A stretch of 64,000 nucleotides of DNA from Mobula hypostoma (GCF_963921235.1 NC_086108.1:5518001-5582000), one strand, 5' to 3'. Shown: positions 50,981 to 64,000, counted from the first letter of the stretch. Notes: generated from the letters alone by a model not told the origin. Numbers and translations are program-made.

Positions 50981-51168
50981 GACACAAATTATTATGCAAG
51001 ATATAAGCTGGAGAGCTTGAACGAAAACTCTCTAGATGGAGAATAGGCATTTAGATTAACAACAGGGAAGTTACACTAACCAGTTCAGATTTCCCAATAG
51101 CACAGATAGTCATAATGGGCCGAGCAGCTTCCCTCTGTGCTGAATGCATGAAGTTAAATGAAAATTAC

Positions 51169-51298
51169 CTGTAATCAAAGTCTCCATCTTCTCCGTCTAG
51201 GAAGCGCTGATGCATACGGCTCACGAATTCGTCCCTCAGCATGATCCTCTCATCGTCACTGGGCACCCACTCCGCAGCTTTGGACATGGGTCTGTCCT
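51169..51298 (-). CDS. CCDC97: CCDC97 coding exon (probably exon 4)
   Basis: Acceptor tgtacag|AG, donor TACAG|gtaatt; 130 bp. Encodes [44 protein letters not shown]. Confidence 0.94.
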
Positions 51299-51324
51299 CT
51301 GTACAGAGACAGGAGTGTTGGCAC

Positions 51325-51578
51325 AAGATAAGACAACATGAAAATCAGCCTGAAGAAATTCAACATGACATCTAGAAACTGGGAGGACATTGCACTGAAT
51401 AGATACACCTGGAGGAAATCTGTTCAAGAGGGGGCTGTGCCACATGAGAATGACTTTGGCTCTACCACAGACAGTAAGCAACAGCTGTGAAAGGAGAGAC
51501 TGAATAACCAAAGGACCCAACTGCTAACCACAGCCGCCACTTACTCTTGCCCACACCGCACTACAATATGTGATTCAA
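51325..51578 (+). mobile_element. RTE-clade LINE 3' fragment
   Basis: [32 protein letters not shown]...YSCPH. Confidence 0.65.
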
Positions 51579-52354
51579 GGTTCAACGTTGCTTAATATCA
51601 CTTGCAGTACTTAAGTGTAAAGGAAAACTAAACAGTTGTTGCTCCAGATCTGATACAGCACTAAAAAAGCACAAGATAAAGAACACAATTAAAAAATGCT
51701 ATAAATACAGAAGACAGTTTGTATACATGGATTGTTCATTCAGCATATGCCGTGTTGTATGACGTGAGTTCTTTCAAAGACCATGATTGTTCTTGGCAAA
51801 TTTTTCTACAGAAGTGGTTTGCCATCGCCTTCCTCCGGGCAGTGCCTTTACAAGATGGGTAACCCCAGCCATTACACTGGACAACAAAGATTTTGCTTCC
51901 TGAAAACTTTCGGGTGTGTCTTACGGATTTAGGGTGACCCCAGGCATTATCAATACTCTTCAGAGATTGTCAGTGGTCACATCACCAGGACATGTGATAT
52001 GCATCATCCACCACCTGGTCCCATGGCTTCACATGACCCTGCTCTGTGGGGTGGAGGGGCACTAAGCAGGAGCTACACCTTGCTCAAGGGCGACCTGCGG
52101 GCTAGCGGAGGGAAGGAGCATCTTACACTTCCTTGGGCAGAGACACATCTCCAACCCATCACCCAACATCCACCTGGAACAAGAAGCCAAATGGTCATTG
52201 GGCCATACATGGTACTGTAGGTGGAGAGAAAATTCAAAAATCTGATGTGCAAGAAGTCCTCGTGCAAGATTCCCGAAAGGTTAATTTGCAAATGGGGGAC
52301 CAATATCCTGGCGGGGAGGTTTGCTAAGGCTACTGGGGAGAGTTTAATGTTGGG

Positions 52355-52812
52355 GGGGGTGGGAAAGCCCTCCATTTCTTTCTAGACACCAGATCAAACC
52401 AGTTCCACTCCACTACCACTCTCCTCTGTCTAGCAGGACTTGTCTTCACTCTTAATAATGGTTTTCCTTTGGCTCCTCCCACTTCTTTCAAACAAAAGGT
52501 GTAGCCATCGGCACTCATATGGGTCCTAGCTATGCCTGCCTTTCTGTCCGCTACATGGAACAGTCCATACTCCAAGACTACACTGGTGTCCACCCTCCAC
52601 ATTTCCTACGCAACATCGACGACTGCATTGGTGCTGCTTCCTGCACCCATACTGAGCTCGTCAACTTCATCGACTTTGCCCCCAACTTCCACCCTGCCCT
52701 CGAATTTACCTGGTCCATTTCCGACACCTCCCTCCCCTTTCTCAATCTCACTGTCTCTATCTCTGGAGACAGCTTATCTACTGATGTCTATTATAAACCA
52801 CAGACTCTCACA
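52355..52812 (+). mobile_element. Penelope-like RT fragment
   Basis: KGVAIGTHMGPSYACL...FLRNIDDCIG...NFHPALEFT...LPFLNL...TDVYYKP. Confidence 0.82.
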
Positions 52813-54111
52813 GTTATCCAGATATCCATGAAACAAAGAAAACCACCGAGTTGTTCAAAGAGAAACATTAAGCCCCCCTCCACACACAAAATACTTGCAA
52901 ATGGCAACACGCTTATCAACCCATGTGAAAAAAATCACGCAAATAGAAACATGAACATCAAACTCCAAACCCCTAAGCCCTTGCCCCACACAAAAAAATG
53001 CTAACAAATCATGCCATATGGCAACAAGAATGGGCAAAAACACAGAATATAAAAGCATAGAACTCAAAATATAAAATATGTCCACTGTTCTTTAATTTCA
53101 GCTTTTCAGCTTCTGAGGTGTTCTGTATCCCAGCATCCCATCATCACTATTCCCTCCCCTGTTCCCATGCATCACCTAGTGTTTAAATCTCCTACAGATA
53201 GTGCGGGGTATTGTAGCAGTAAGCCGTCGCTATTGCAGCTTGGAGCATTGGATCTGAGTTCAATTCCAGAGCCTCTGTAAGAAAGTTTGTACGTCCCTTT
53301 TCCATGTGCATGTGGGTTTCCTCCGGATGCTCCAGCTTCCTTCCACAGTCCGGTGATGTACCGGTCAGTGGGTTAATCGGTCATTGTAAATTCAGCTGGG
53401 ATTAAATAGGTGGGTGGCTGTGCAGTGTGCTTACTGGGCCAGAAGGGCCTGTTCCATGCCCTATCTCGAGGAGTCACTGTCACAGAAAAGTACAGCACAG
53501 AAACAGGCCTTTCAGCCCATCTAGTCCATGCCAAACAATTTAAAGTGTCTACTCCCCTTGACCTGCACCAGGACCATGGCCTCCATACCCCCAATATCCA
53601 AACTTCTCTTAAATGTTGAAATCGAGCTCACATGCACCACTTGCCCTGGCAGCTCGCTCCACACTCTCACCACCCTCTGAGTGAAGACATTTCCCTTTAT
53701 GTTCCCCTTAAACTTCTCACCTATCACCCTTAACCCATGACCTCTGGTTGTAGTCCCACCCAACCTCAGTGGAAAAAGCCTGCTTGCATTTACCCTATCT
53801 ATACCCCTCAATTGTGTATACCTCTATCAAATTTCCTCTCAATCTTCTAGGTGCCGAAGAATAAAGTTAGGACTTTAGGACCCATTTAATCTTCCCTTAC
53901 AACTCTGGTCCTTCAGTCTGGCAACATGCCTGTATATTTTGTCTGTAATCTTTCAACCTTATTTACACATTTCCTGTAGGTAGGGTGACCAAAACTGCAC
54001 GCAAACATATATCATATCTCTGAATAAATAAATAGGAGATAACATTTAGGGTTGTTTTGAATCATTTCCCTCAAGCAAATTTAAGCCCCGAAAATTTAAA
54101 AAAAAAGGCAC

Positions 54112-54366
54112 CTTCCTCCTCGTCTTCCTCTTCCTCCTCCTCCTCCTCTTCACAGGCATCCTCCCTTTCCTGCTGCCACTGTAACCTCTCCTGCACGATC
54201 TTTTCCTGATATGTGTTCATCAGCAGATCTGACAGACTCATCGAGCCGCCCAGGTTCCTGCTGTTTTGTGCCAACAGCTCTTCCTCTGTCATGTATTGCC
54301 TGATGTACTGCTCGTAGAGCAGTGGGTCTCGAGTTCGCATCTGCTCATCGCTGAAGTACTCCCCAT
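54112..54366 (-). CDS. CCDC97: CCDC97 coding exon (probably exon 3)
   Basis: Acceptor cctgcag|AT, donor GAAG|gtgcct; 255 bp. Encodes [22 protein letters not shown]...poly-Glu and splices in frame with both neighbouring exons. Confidence 0.92.
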
Positions 54367-57300
54367 CTGCAGGGTAAAGACAGACAGATGTTGTTACAGG
54401 TACCTCAGAAAAATCCCAGCCGACACTTCTAATGCAGTGCAGAGCAAGATTCCTTTCCTTGTGTGAAGCACCTCTCCTGCATCCACAAAAGGTGGAATTT
54501 CCCAGAGGCCAAACATTTTAATATCCATCCCCCTTCCCATTTTGACATGTCAGTCCACGGCCTCCTCTTCTGCCACGATGAGGCCAACCTCAGGGTGGAG
54601 GAGCAACAACTCATATTCTGTCTGGGTAGCCTCCAACCTGACGGCATGAATATTGATTTCTCCTTCTGGTACTTTTCCCCCCCTCTTCTTCTATCCCTCA
54701 CTCTGGCCTCTTAGCTCTTCTCCTCACCTGCCTATCACCCCTCCCTGGTTCGTCTCCTCATATCCTTTCTTCCATGGTCCACTCTCTCTCATCAGGTTCC
54801 TTCAAATCTAGCCCTTTGCCTTTTCCACCCATCACCTCCCAGCTTCTTACTTCATTCCCCTCCCCCATCCACCTGACTTCACCCAGCAGCTTCTAGCTTG
54901 TCCTCCTCCTCTTCTCACCCACCTTTTTATTCTGGCATTTCCCCCCTTTCTCTTCCAGTCCTGAAGAAAGCTCTCAGCCCAAAGTATCAACTGTTTATTC
55001 ATTTCCATAGATGCTGCCTGCCCTGCAGAGTTCCTCCAGCATTTTGTGTGTGTTGTTCCGGATTTCCAACATCTGCAGCATCCATAAGACCATAAGATAA
55101 AGAGCAGAATTAGGCCATTTGGCCCATCTCCGCCCATCAAGGCTGATCCATTTTCCCTCTCAACCCAAACTCCTGCCTTCTTACCATATCCCTTTCTGCC
55201 CTGACCAATCAAGAACCTATCAACCTCTGCCTTAAACATACCAATGATTTGGCCTCCACAGCTGCCTGTGGCAACGAGTTCCACAGATTCACCACCCTCT
55301 GGCTAAAGAAGTTCCTCACCTCCGTTCTAAATGGACGTCCCTCAATTCTGAGGCTGTGTCCCCTGGTCTCAGACTCCCTCACCATCGGAAAGATCCTTTC
55401 CACATCCACTCTATCGAGGCCTAGCAACATTCGGTGAGTCTCAGTGAGGTCACCCCTATTCTCCTCAAGTCCCTCGTGAAGAACTTCGTAGAAAGATTAG
55501 GGAAATAATCTTTATCCTGATTGGTGGGATATAGGGGCAAGATTCTATAAGTCATAATAGTGGGAGAGGAAATCTGTGCAGAACACTGAGAAGTTTTGCA
55601 GTAAAGGTTAATTGAGAGCTAATTTTAATACACAAATAAAGGGTTAAAAGGGAGGAAAAACATGGCTCTAGAGGGGGGGGTTCCCATTTTTTTTTATGCC
55701 ATTAAGCAAGGGGCCTGTGCACCCCAGGTTGGGAACTCCTGCTCAAGACAGAAAGCAGGATGGGTATTCAGATTTATTTCTCAGGTGTGGTCTGATTGTG
55801 ATGTATATAAATGACCTGGATGAGAATGTGGATGGGTGGGCTAGTAAGTTTGCAAATGATACAAAGATTGGTGGTGTTGTGGATAGCACAGAAGACTGGC
55901 AAATAATACAAGCAGGATATAGATCAGTTGCAGATATGGGCGGAGAAATGGCAGATAGAGTTTAACCCAAACAAATGTGAAGTGTTGCTTCTTGGTAGAT
56001 CAAATGTGAAGAGACAGTACACCGTCAAGTCAAAAGCTTAACGGTGTTGACGAACAGAGGGATCTTGGGGTCCAAGTTCCTAGATCCTGTAAGTGGCTAC
56101 ATGGTGCTTAAGGCGACATTTGGCAAGCTTGCGTTTATTCACCGAGGCATTGCATTTTAACAGTCAGGAAGTTATGTTGCAGCTTTATAAAACCAGTTAG
56201 GCCGCATCTAGAGTATTGCATACAGTTCTGGTCACCCCACCATAGGAAGGATGGCGAGGGCTTGGAGAGGGTGCAGGAGAGGTTTATCAGGATGCTGCCT
56301 GGTTTAGAGGGCATGTGCTATAATGAGAGGTTGGACAAACTTGGGTTGTTTTCTCTGGAGCGGCAGAGGCTGAGAGGGCAATCTGATAGAGGCATATAAG
56401 ATTATGAGAGCCACAGACAGAGTAGACTGGGAGTATTGTTTCCCAGGGTTGAAATATCTAATTCCAGAGGGCATGCTTTGAAGGTAAGGAAGGGCAGTTT
56501 CAAACGACGTGTGAGGGGCAAGTTGTTGTGTTTTTTTTAAAAACACAGCGTGGCTGGAATGCACTGTCTAAGGTGGTGGTAGAGGCAGATACATTAGAGA
56601 TTTTCACTAGATGTTCAGATAGGCACATGAATGTGAGGAAAACGGAAGGATATGGACATTGTGTAGGCAGAAGGGATTAGTTGGCCATTTGATTACTTAT
56701 TTAATTGCTTCAACACAACATTGTGAGCCAAAGGGGCAGTTCCTGTGCTGGACTGATACATGTTTAATGAACATCGAAACATGCAACAAAATGCGCTATT
56801 TAAGATAACAACCAACACACCCAAGGATGTAATGGAGGCAACCCCCAATTATCACCACATCTTCCAGGGCCAACATACTCGGCAGAACAACACAGAAACA
56901 GAGATGTGACACAAAATGGGCTGGATACTATAATTCATTAAAATTCAGGCATATAACGGGGACATCACTGGGAAGGTCAACATTTACAGCCCATTCCCAT
57001 TGAGATGCCGGTAGCAGAGTTTTGTAAAGCACCGTAAATTTTCTGATGAAAGGCACCTGCAATATATTAGGATGGGAATTTTTGGATTCAGACTTGGCAA
57101 GACGAAGGAACACCGAGATTGAGGAGATTAAAGATTAACCTGGTCACACAGACATTGAAACATGCAGTACAGTGACATGTGTTATTTGTGTCAATGACCA
57201 ACAGAGTCTGGGGAAGTGCTGGGTCAGCTCTCCAGTGCCAATATAGCACACCCACAACATACCATCCCTAGTATGTATGCCTCCCCCCACTACCCCCGAA

Positions 57301-60300
57301 TATGGGAGGAAGGAGAGGGCAATTTCTGGTTCCTAGGTGTCAATGAATCTGAGGATCTATCTATCCTGGCCCCAACATATCAAAGCAGCTACAAAGAAGG
57401 CACGACAGCAGATACATTTCATTAGCAGTTTGAGGAGATTTGGTATGTTACCAAAGACACTTGCAAATTTCCTTAGAGGTACTGTGGAGAGCATCCTAAC
57501 GAGCTACATCACCGTCTGGCATGGGTGGGGGTTGGGCTACTGCTCAGGATCGAAGCAAGCTGCAGAGAGTTGTAAACTTAGTCAGCTCCATCATGGGCAC
57601 TAACCTCCGTAGTATCCAGGACATTTCCAAGGAGCGATGCCTCAAAAAGGTGGCATTCATCATTAAGGACCCCCATCACCCAGGTCATGCTTTGTTTTCA
57701 TCAGGAATAAGGTACAGGAGCCTGAGACACTCTCCCAACAATTCAGGAACAGCTTCTTCCTCTCTGCCATCAAATTCCTGAATGGACACTGAATCCATGA
57801 GTGCTACCTCACTACTTTTTAAAAAAATATATACATATAAACCAGTTTTAAAAAAATATATATGATACTTATGATTCATCACAAAGCAAGCTGGCAGTCT
57901 CAAAAGTTAACACCATATACTACCCTGAGATACATTTCCTTGCAGGCATTCACAGTAAAACACGAAGAAAGCACAGCAACGCCTCTACTTAGGAACTTGC
58001 AAAGATTGAGCATGACATCTAAAGGTTTGGCAAACTTCTATAGATATGTGGTGAAGAGTATATAGACTGGCTGCATCATAGCCTAAATGGAAACACCAAT
58101 GCTCTTCAACAGAGAATCCTACAAAAAACGAGTGGATACGGCCCAGTACATCACAGGTAAAGCCCTCCCAGTCACGAAACAGTCGCTTGAAAGCAGCATC
58201 ATTAGAGACTCCCCACCACCCAGTACATGCTCTCTTCTCACTGCTGCCAGGGAAGTGTTACAGGAGATTCAGGATTCACACCATCAGGGTCAGGAAAAGT
58301 TATTACCCTCCAGCCATTAGGCTCCTGAACCAAAGGGGATAACTTCACTTGCCCCATCTCTGAATTGTTCGCACAACCAATGGACTCATTTTCAAGGTCT
58401 CTTCATCTCATGTTCTCAATATTTATTGCTTATTTATTTATTATTACTACTTTCTTTTTGTAATTGCACAGTTTGTTGTCTTCTGCACTCTGGTTCAACG
58501 TCCTAGTTGGGTGGTCTTTCATTGATTCTGTTATAGTTATTATTCTATACATTTACTGAGTATGCCCACAAGAAAATGAATCTCAGGGTTGTAAATGGTG
58601 ACGTATATATAGAATCAATGAAAAACTATATACAAAGACTGATAAACAACCAATCTTCAAAAGGCAAATTGTGCAAACACAAAGAAATAATAATAATAAT
58701 AAATAAGTAATATTGAGAACATGAGTGGCAGAGTCCTTGAAAGGGAGTCCATAGGTTGTAGAATCAGATCATAGTTGAGGTGAGTGAAGTTACCCACACT
58801 GGTTCAGGAGCCTGATGGTTGTGGGGTAATAACTGTTCCTGAACCTGGTGGTGTGGGACCCGAGGCTCCTGTACCTCCTGCCCAATGAAAGCAGCAAGAA
58901 GAGAGCGTGTCCTGGTGATCACTGATATCATTCTAGATTGCTTGACATCCTTACATTGTTCTCTCCGAGTGTTGGACCTCGTATTTCATGGTGGGATCAT
59001 GTCATCATCATCATATACCTTGTTGTAGCACATGGGTGATGGCTTTCATCTGTCTTTTCATCTTTTCTCTATCCATGACAATGATTGTTCTTGGCAAATT
59101 TTTCTACAGAAGTGGTTTGTCATTGTCTTCTGAGCAGTGTGTGACTCAAGTCATTATCAATACTCTTCAATGATCGTCTGCCTGGTGTGAGTGGTCGCAC
59201 AACCAGGACTTGTGATCTGCACCGGCTGCTCATACGACCATCCACCACCTGCTCCCATGGCTTCACGTGTCCCTGATCTTGGGGGTGGTGGGGTGGGGGG
59301 AGCCTAATCAGGTGTTTCGTTTCAGGGTGACCTGTAGGCTAGCGGAGGGAAGGAGCGCCTTACACCTCACTTGGTAGAGACGTATCCTTCCCCCACCCAT
59401 TGCTATTGTGTATCAGAATGTAAAGAATAGAGAAGACAGAACATAGGACAGTATCACAAAGGAACAGGCCCTTCAGCCCATAATGTCTGTACTGAACACA
59501 ATGCTGAATTATCTTCTGCATGCATATGATGCATTTCCATTCATGTGCCTTTCTAAAAGCCTCTTAAACACCACTGTTGTATCTGCAGACAGTGCCACCC
59601 CGTCACCCATTCCAGGGATCTAACATGCTCTGGGTAAAAAGAACACTTTAGGAAAGTACAGCACAGAAACAGGCCCTTCAGTCCATCTAGTCTGTGCTGA
59701 AGCATTTAAACAGCCTACTCCCATAGCCCGCCATAAACCTACCATCCATGTAAAAGTAACTACACTGGCTTGACCTATCATTAAAATGTTCCTACAACAA
59801 ATGACTCTTTATCTCATTATCTCGTGTTCTGGTTATTTATTGCTATTTATTTATAATTGTACTTGCACAGTTTGTCGTCTTCTGCACTCTGGTAGATCAT
59901 CCATTGATCCTGTTACAGTTACTATTCTATCGATTTGCTGATTTTCCACAAGAAAATGAATCTCAGGGCTTTATGTGGTGACAAACATGTACTCTGATAA
60001 TAAAATTTACTTTGAACTTTGTATTGAGTCTTAAGTATGAAAGATTTTATAAGATTGCTTTTATTAAGTAGACTTTTTCCATTTTACTTTGAGCTTGAGC
60101 TCACGTCCACCACTTGCACTGGCAGCTCCTTTCACGCTGTCAGCATCCTCTGAGTGAAGAAGTTTCCCCTCATGCTCCCCTTAAATTTTTCATCCTTAAC
60201 CCATGACCTCTAGTTGTATTCCCACCCAAACTCAGTGGAAAAAAGTCTGCTTGCATTGACCCTATCTATATCCCTCATAATTTTGAATGCCTCCATCAAA

Positions 60301-61159
60301 TCTCCCGTCAATCTTCTACATCCCAGGAATAAAGTCCCAACCTATTCAATCTTTCCCCATAACTCAGATCCTCCAGACCCGGCAACATCCTTGTAAATTT
60401 TCTCTGCGCTCTTTCAACCTTATTTACATCTTTCCAGTAGGTAGATGACCAAACTACACATAATACTCCAAATTAGGCCTCACCAACTTCTTACAGAACT
60501 TAAAAGTAGCATCACAAACTTGCTCCTCAAATCTTCTTTAAACTTTCTCCATCTCATCTTAAATGGGTGTCCAACTTCCCTTTAGGTTTGGAGGCAATTC
60601 GATGTGACAGAACTGAGACAAGGCAGTGGGCTCATCGCAGACGGCCAGGAAGACCTGAAGTTCAAACAGTCCAAGCGCCGAATCTCAGAAAGGGTGGATC
60701 AAGGCAGCGGGGTCCAGATCCCTGAGTGCATCGAAGCAACAGAACCTGATGCTTGGATGACAATTTAAGCACCGGGCTGAACTGGAAGAGTCAAGTTCGG
60801 GCTCCAACGTATATCAGAGCGACTGAATCCAATGTTTGGACGATGTTTTAGGCGCCAGGTCAGATTGGAAAGGTCAGGGTGTTGGGGCCCGACTGGTTCA
60901 GCTCGATGCTCTGTGCTGAACTAAGGGTCCCTGGAAGGACTCTCTTTGTGAACTTCAGAATGCTATTTGCTTGTTTACTGTTCACATGATTTGTTTTTCT
61001 TTTCCTCTGCACACTGGGTGTTCGGCACTCTTCTTTTCTTTCCCCCACTGGGTTCTTTGTTTCGTGGCTGCCTTTTGGGAGACAAATCTCAAGGTTGTGT
61101 AATATACAGTAAACATACTTTGATAATAAATGTACTTTGTACTGTCTAATAATTAACAT

Positions 61160-61327
61160 CACAAACAGATCTGCAGATGCTGGAAATCCAAGCAACACAC
61201 ACAAAATGCTGGAGGTACTCAGCAGGCCAGGCAGCATCTATGGAAAAGAGTACAGCTTGAAGTGTTATCTGCACTTTTTTCCATAGATGCTGCCTGGCTT
61301 GCTGAGTTCTGCCAGCATTTTGTGTGT
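61160..61327. mobile_element. Penelope-like fold-back mini-insertion
   Basis: Inverted ~55-bp arms flanked by taataatt(aacat/tatat) direct repeats. Confidence 0.75.
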
Positions 61328-62652
61328 TAATAATTTATATTTCTGCTCTGAGGGAAAAAAAAGAATCTGACTGTCTGGGTGAGCAAATAAACAAATTTGA
61401 TACAGAGACAAAAGCAAAACACTGCAGATGCTAGAAATCGGCGATTAAATAAAAACAAAGTCGCTGGAATTAGTAGGTTACGCAGAAAGAGGAATAAAGA
61501 GTTAACATTTCAAATCGCTGACTTTTACGCCAGAACTGGATAAAATTGGTGATACAATAAATGTTAAATTACAAAGGAAAGGAGGGGAAGGGGCAAAGAG
61601 ATCAGTTGGAAGATAAAAGGTGATTAAATCACAGCCAAAAATAAACCAGTGCAGTAACTCAGTGGACGAGCAGATCTGTGGAGGCAAAGAGATGGTCAAT
61701 GATTCAGAACAAGACCTTGATTCAGTTTGTGTGATGCGCACTACAGCTGAATCATTCTCTGAATCTCGTCACCCACAATTAATGTACAAAATATACAAAA
61801 TTTCATGGCTTCAATGTTTCTATCGCTAATCTTATGGAGATGCTTGTTTCATAGATGTCCGTGAAGAGTATGAATTTCAGGTTGTATACGTTCTCTGATA
61901 TTAACGTGAACCTTTGAACTATGAGGGGTAGACAGGGTAAATGCAAGTAGGCTTTACTCATGGTGGGTAGGTGAGACTAAATCTAAAGGTTAAGGGTGAA
62001 AGGGGAGGCTTCTTCACTCAGAGGGTGGTGCGAGTTGCCAGAGGAAGTGGAGGATGCAGATTCCATTTCAATATTTAAGATAATTTTGTACACAGTACAC
62101 AGACGCAAGGGTCAAAGGGATTAGACAGAGTAACAATTCAGCATGAAATAGATGGGCCAAAGGGCCTGTGGCACTCTATCAGTCCATTGATGTAGTACAA
62201 GGGAAAACCATATCAAAATGAATAACATATTACAGAGAAATATACAAAATTATGAGGTTTATAGATGGTAAATGCAAGCAGGTTTTTTCCACTGAGGTTG
62301 GGTGGGACTACAACCGGAGTTCATGGGTTAAGGGTGAAAGGTGAAAAGTTTAAGGGAAACATGAGGGGAAACTTCTTCACTCAGAGGGTGGTGTGAGTGT
62401 GGAACGAGCTGCCAGCGGAAGTGGTGGATACAATTTGGATAGGTACATGGATTGGAGGGGTACGGAGGTCTGTGGTCCTGGTGCAGGTCAATGAGACCAA
62501 GTAGAACAACAGTTTGACATGGACTAGACAGGCTGAAGGGTCTGCCTCTGTGCTGTAATGCTCCATGACCCACGCTGGGGAAGACATTGAAGAGGTTGTC
62601 ATCAGCAGTCTAAAGGACAGACAGGGAAACGATTTTGTGTTCTGCACATTAC

Positions 62653-63165
62653 CTTTGATCAGCTGCTGCAGGGCCGCGTATCTCTTGTTGCGAACGTTTG
62701 TTCGAGCACTTTTCTTCTTTGATGACTTCCGCACCTCGTTGCAGTAGAAAGTTACTTCGTAGTTATCAGACAAGTGACTGAAGCAGACCAGGTGCTCCTC
62801 TCTGATGATCTTGTGAAACCGTTCGAGGAAAACCACTGGCTTGCAGTAGAAAAGTTCCTTGACGATGGACAGCTTCTGGTCATAGCGCAGGTCAGGCTCG
62901 TCCTTTTGTTGACTTTTGATCACAGCCTTGCTGCTAGAGATTGCATGGAACATACTGTTCAGTGAAGCGTCCATGGCGGCTTCCTCCTGAAGATCGGTCT
63001 GCTCCTCGATTGCTGCTGCAGAGGCAGGGGAACCAGGCTGATTCTGTGCTCCTTCATCTTTCGGGGTGTCTCGACCCTCATTAGGAATTACCAGCATCTC
63101 TTCAACCTGAGTATTTACTTCCTGAGTGACAGCATCTGGTGAAGAATCATCTTGCATTTGAAAAC
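62653..63165 (-). CDS. CCDC97: CCDC97 coding exon (probably exon 2)
   Basis: Acceptor catag|GTTTTCAAATG and donor AAAG|gtaatg; 513 bp, phase 1 to 1. Encodes ...SQQKDEPDL...KPVVFLERF...NKRYAALQQLIK, which matches vertebrate CCDC97 from memory. In-frame ATG at 63157, but an upstream coding exon outside the window is likely. Confidence 0.93.
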
Positions 63166-63450
63166 CTATGGGTAATTTAATTTTCCTATTAATTAACCAG
63201 CTTATAAACATTTAGTTTTTAAGAAAATAAAGCCCAAAAGAGGTAGAAAGAATTCCGTCGGTACTGGAAATGCACTGAAAGCCAGTCACCATTTTGTGGA
63301 GTAAAGGCATTCGAAAGACTGGAATGGTCAAAACTAATCTCACTTTGGAACAGAACTCTATGGAAATTTAGTATTTGTTTTAATTTCCCTTCTAATTTTA
63401 ACCTGCCTTTCTGTATTAAATTGTCTAAATCTAGTATTTCCAATATAGAT

Positions 63451-63613
63451 AAAGCAACATACATCAAAGTTGCTGGTGAACGCAGCAGGCCAGGCAGCAT
63501 CTATAGGAAACGTCGACTGCGCCTCTTCCTATAGATGCTGCCTGGCCTGCTGCGTTCACCAGCAACTTTGATGTATGTTGCTTGAATTTCCAGCATCTGC
63601 AGAATTCCTGTTG
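63451..63613. mobile_element. Young Penelope-like fold-back mini-insertion with perfect 14-bp TSD
   Basis: Arms of about 58 bp that appear perfectly complementary; tttccaatatagat at 63437-63450 and 63614-63627. Confidence 0.88.
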
Positions 63614-63627
63614 TTTCCAATATAGAT

Positions 63628-63848
63628 GGTTGGTTTGTTACTGCCTATTATGCCACTGGTGTTTAGGGCAGCCATGAAGGTCCTCCATCTCTGTCCTTGG
63701 CTATCTTCTCTATTGTGCCCCAGGTGTAGTTCAAGGGTCCTTATTTCTGCCTCTACATTATGGCGCCAAAATGGCATTGGTCTCCTGCATTTCCTCCGCC
63801 CTTCAGGGGTCCAATGAAATGCTGTTTCGATGATGGAGATGGCATTTC
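63628..63848 (-). mobile_element. RTE-clade LINE 3' fragment
   Basis: ETAFHWTPEGRRKCRRP..FWRHNVEAE...RWRTFMAAL. Confidence 0.7.
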
Positions 63849-64000
63849 CAATCTAGATAAGACATAGGAGCAGTATTGCACCACTTGGCCCATCTAGTCT
63901 GCTTCGCCATTCCATCATGGCTAATTTGTTATCCCTCTCAAACCCATTCTCCTGGCTTCTCCATGTAACATTTGATGCTCTTACATACCAAGAATCTATC

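Noticed and set aside
62381..63211. 276-aa ORF as a single-exon gene
   Set aside because: Both ends run into intron or CR1 sequence; splice sites delimit 62653-63165.
1..64000. Strand bias of hammerhead copies against the host transcripts
   Set aside because: Copies occur on both strands and most are degenerate; too few to support a bias.

Overview
Vertebrate genomic DNA, not prokaryotic. The repeat content (CR1, Rex1/Babar, Penelope-like, V-SINE-like) suggests a cartilaginous fish, probably a ray; this is an inference. Two spliced minus-strand genes can be read directly. CCDC97 has four coding exons, from 63165 down to the stop at 44117, and its first exon probably lies right of the window. 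C19orf47 has a CpG-island promoter, coding exon 1 at 28067-28085 and exon 2 at 14586-14673, with the rest left of the window. Most of the remainder is nested transposon debris: CR1, Rex1/Babar, RTE, HERO-like and Penelope-like retroelements, hAT, Tc1 and Chapaev3-like DNA transposons, MITEs and tRNA-derived SINEs. The most notable structures are (1) repeated fold-back Penelope-like insertions with minimal hammerhead-ribozyme motifs, ~14-bp target duplications and a conserved asymmetric tail, (2) one such hammerhead insert 32 nt from the C19orf47 exon-2 acceptor, and (3) a multi-kb palindromic 28-bp satellite with an 84-bp higher-order unit next to the C19orf47 promoter. Repeat boundaries are approximate; exon boundaries were counted by hand.
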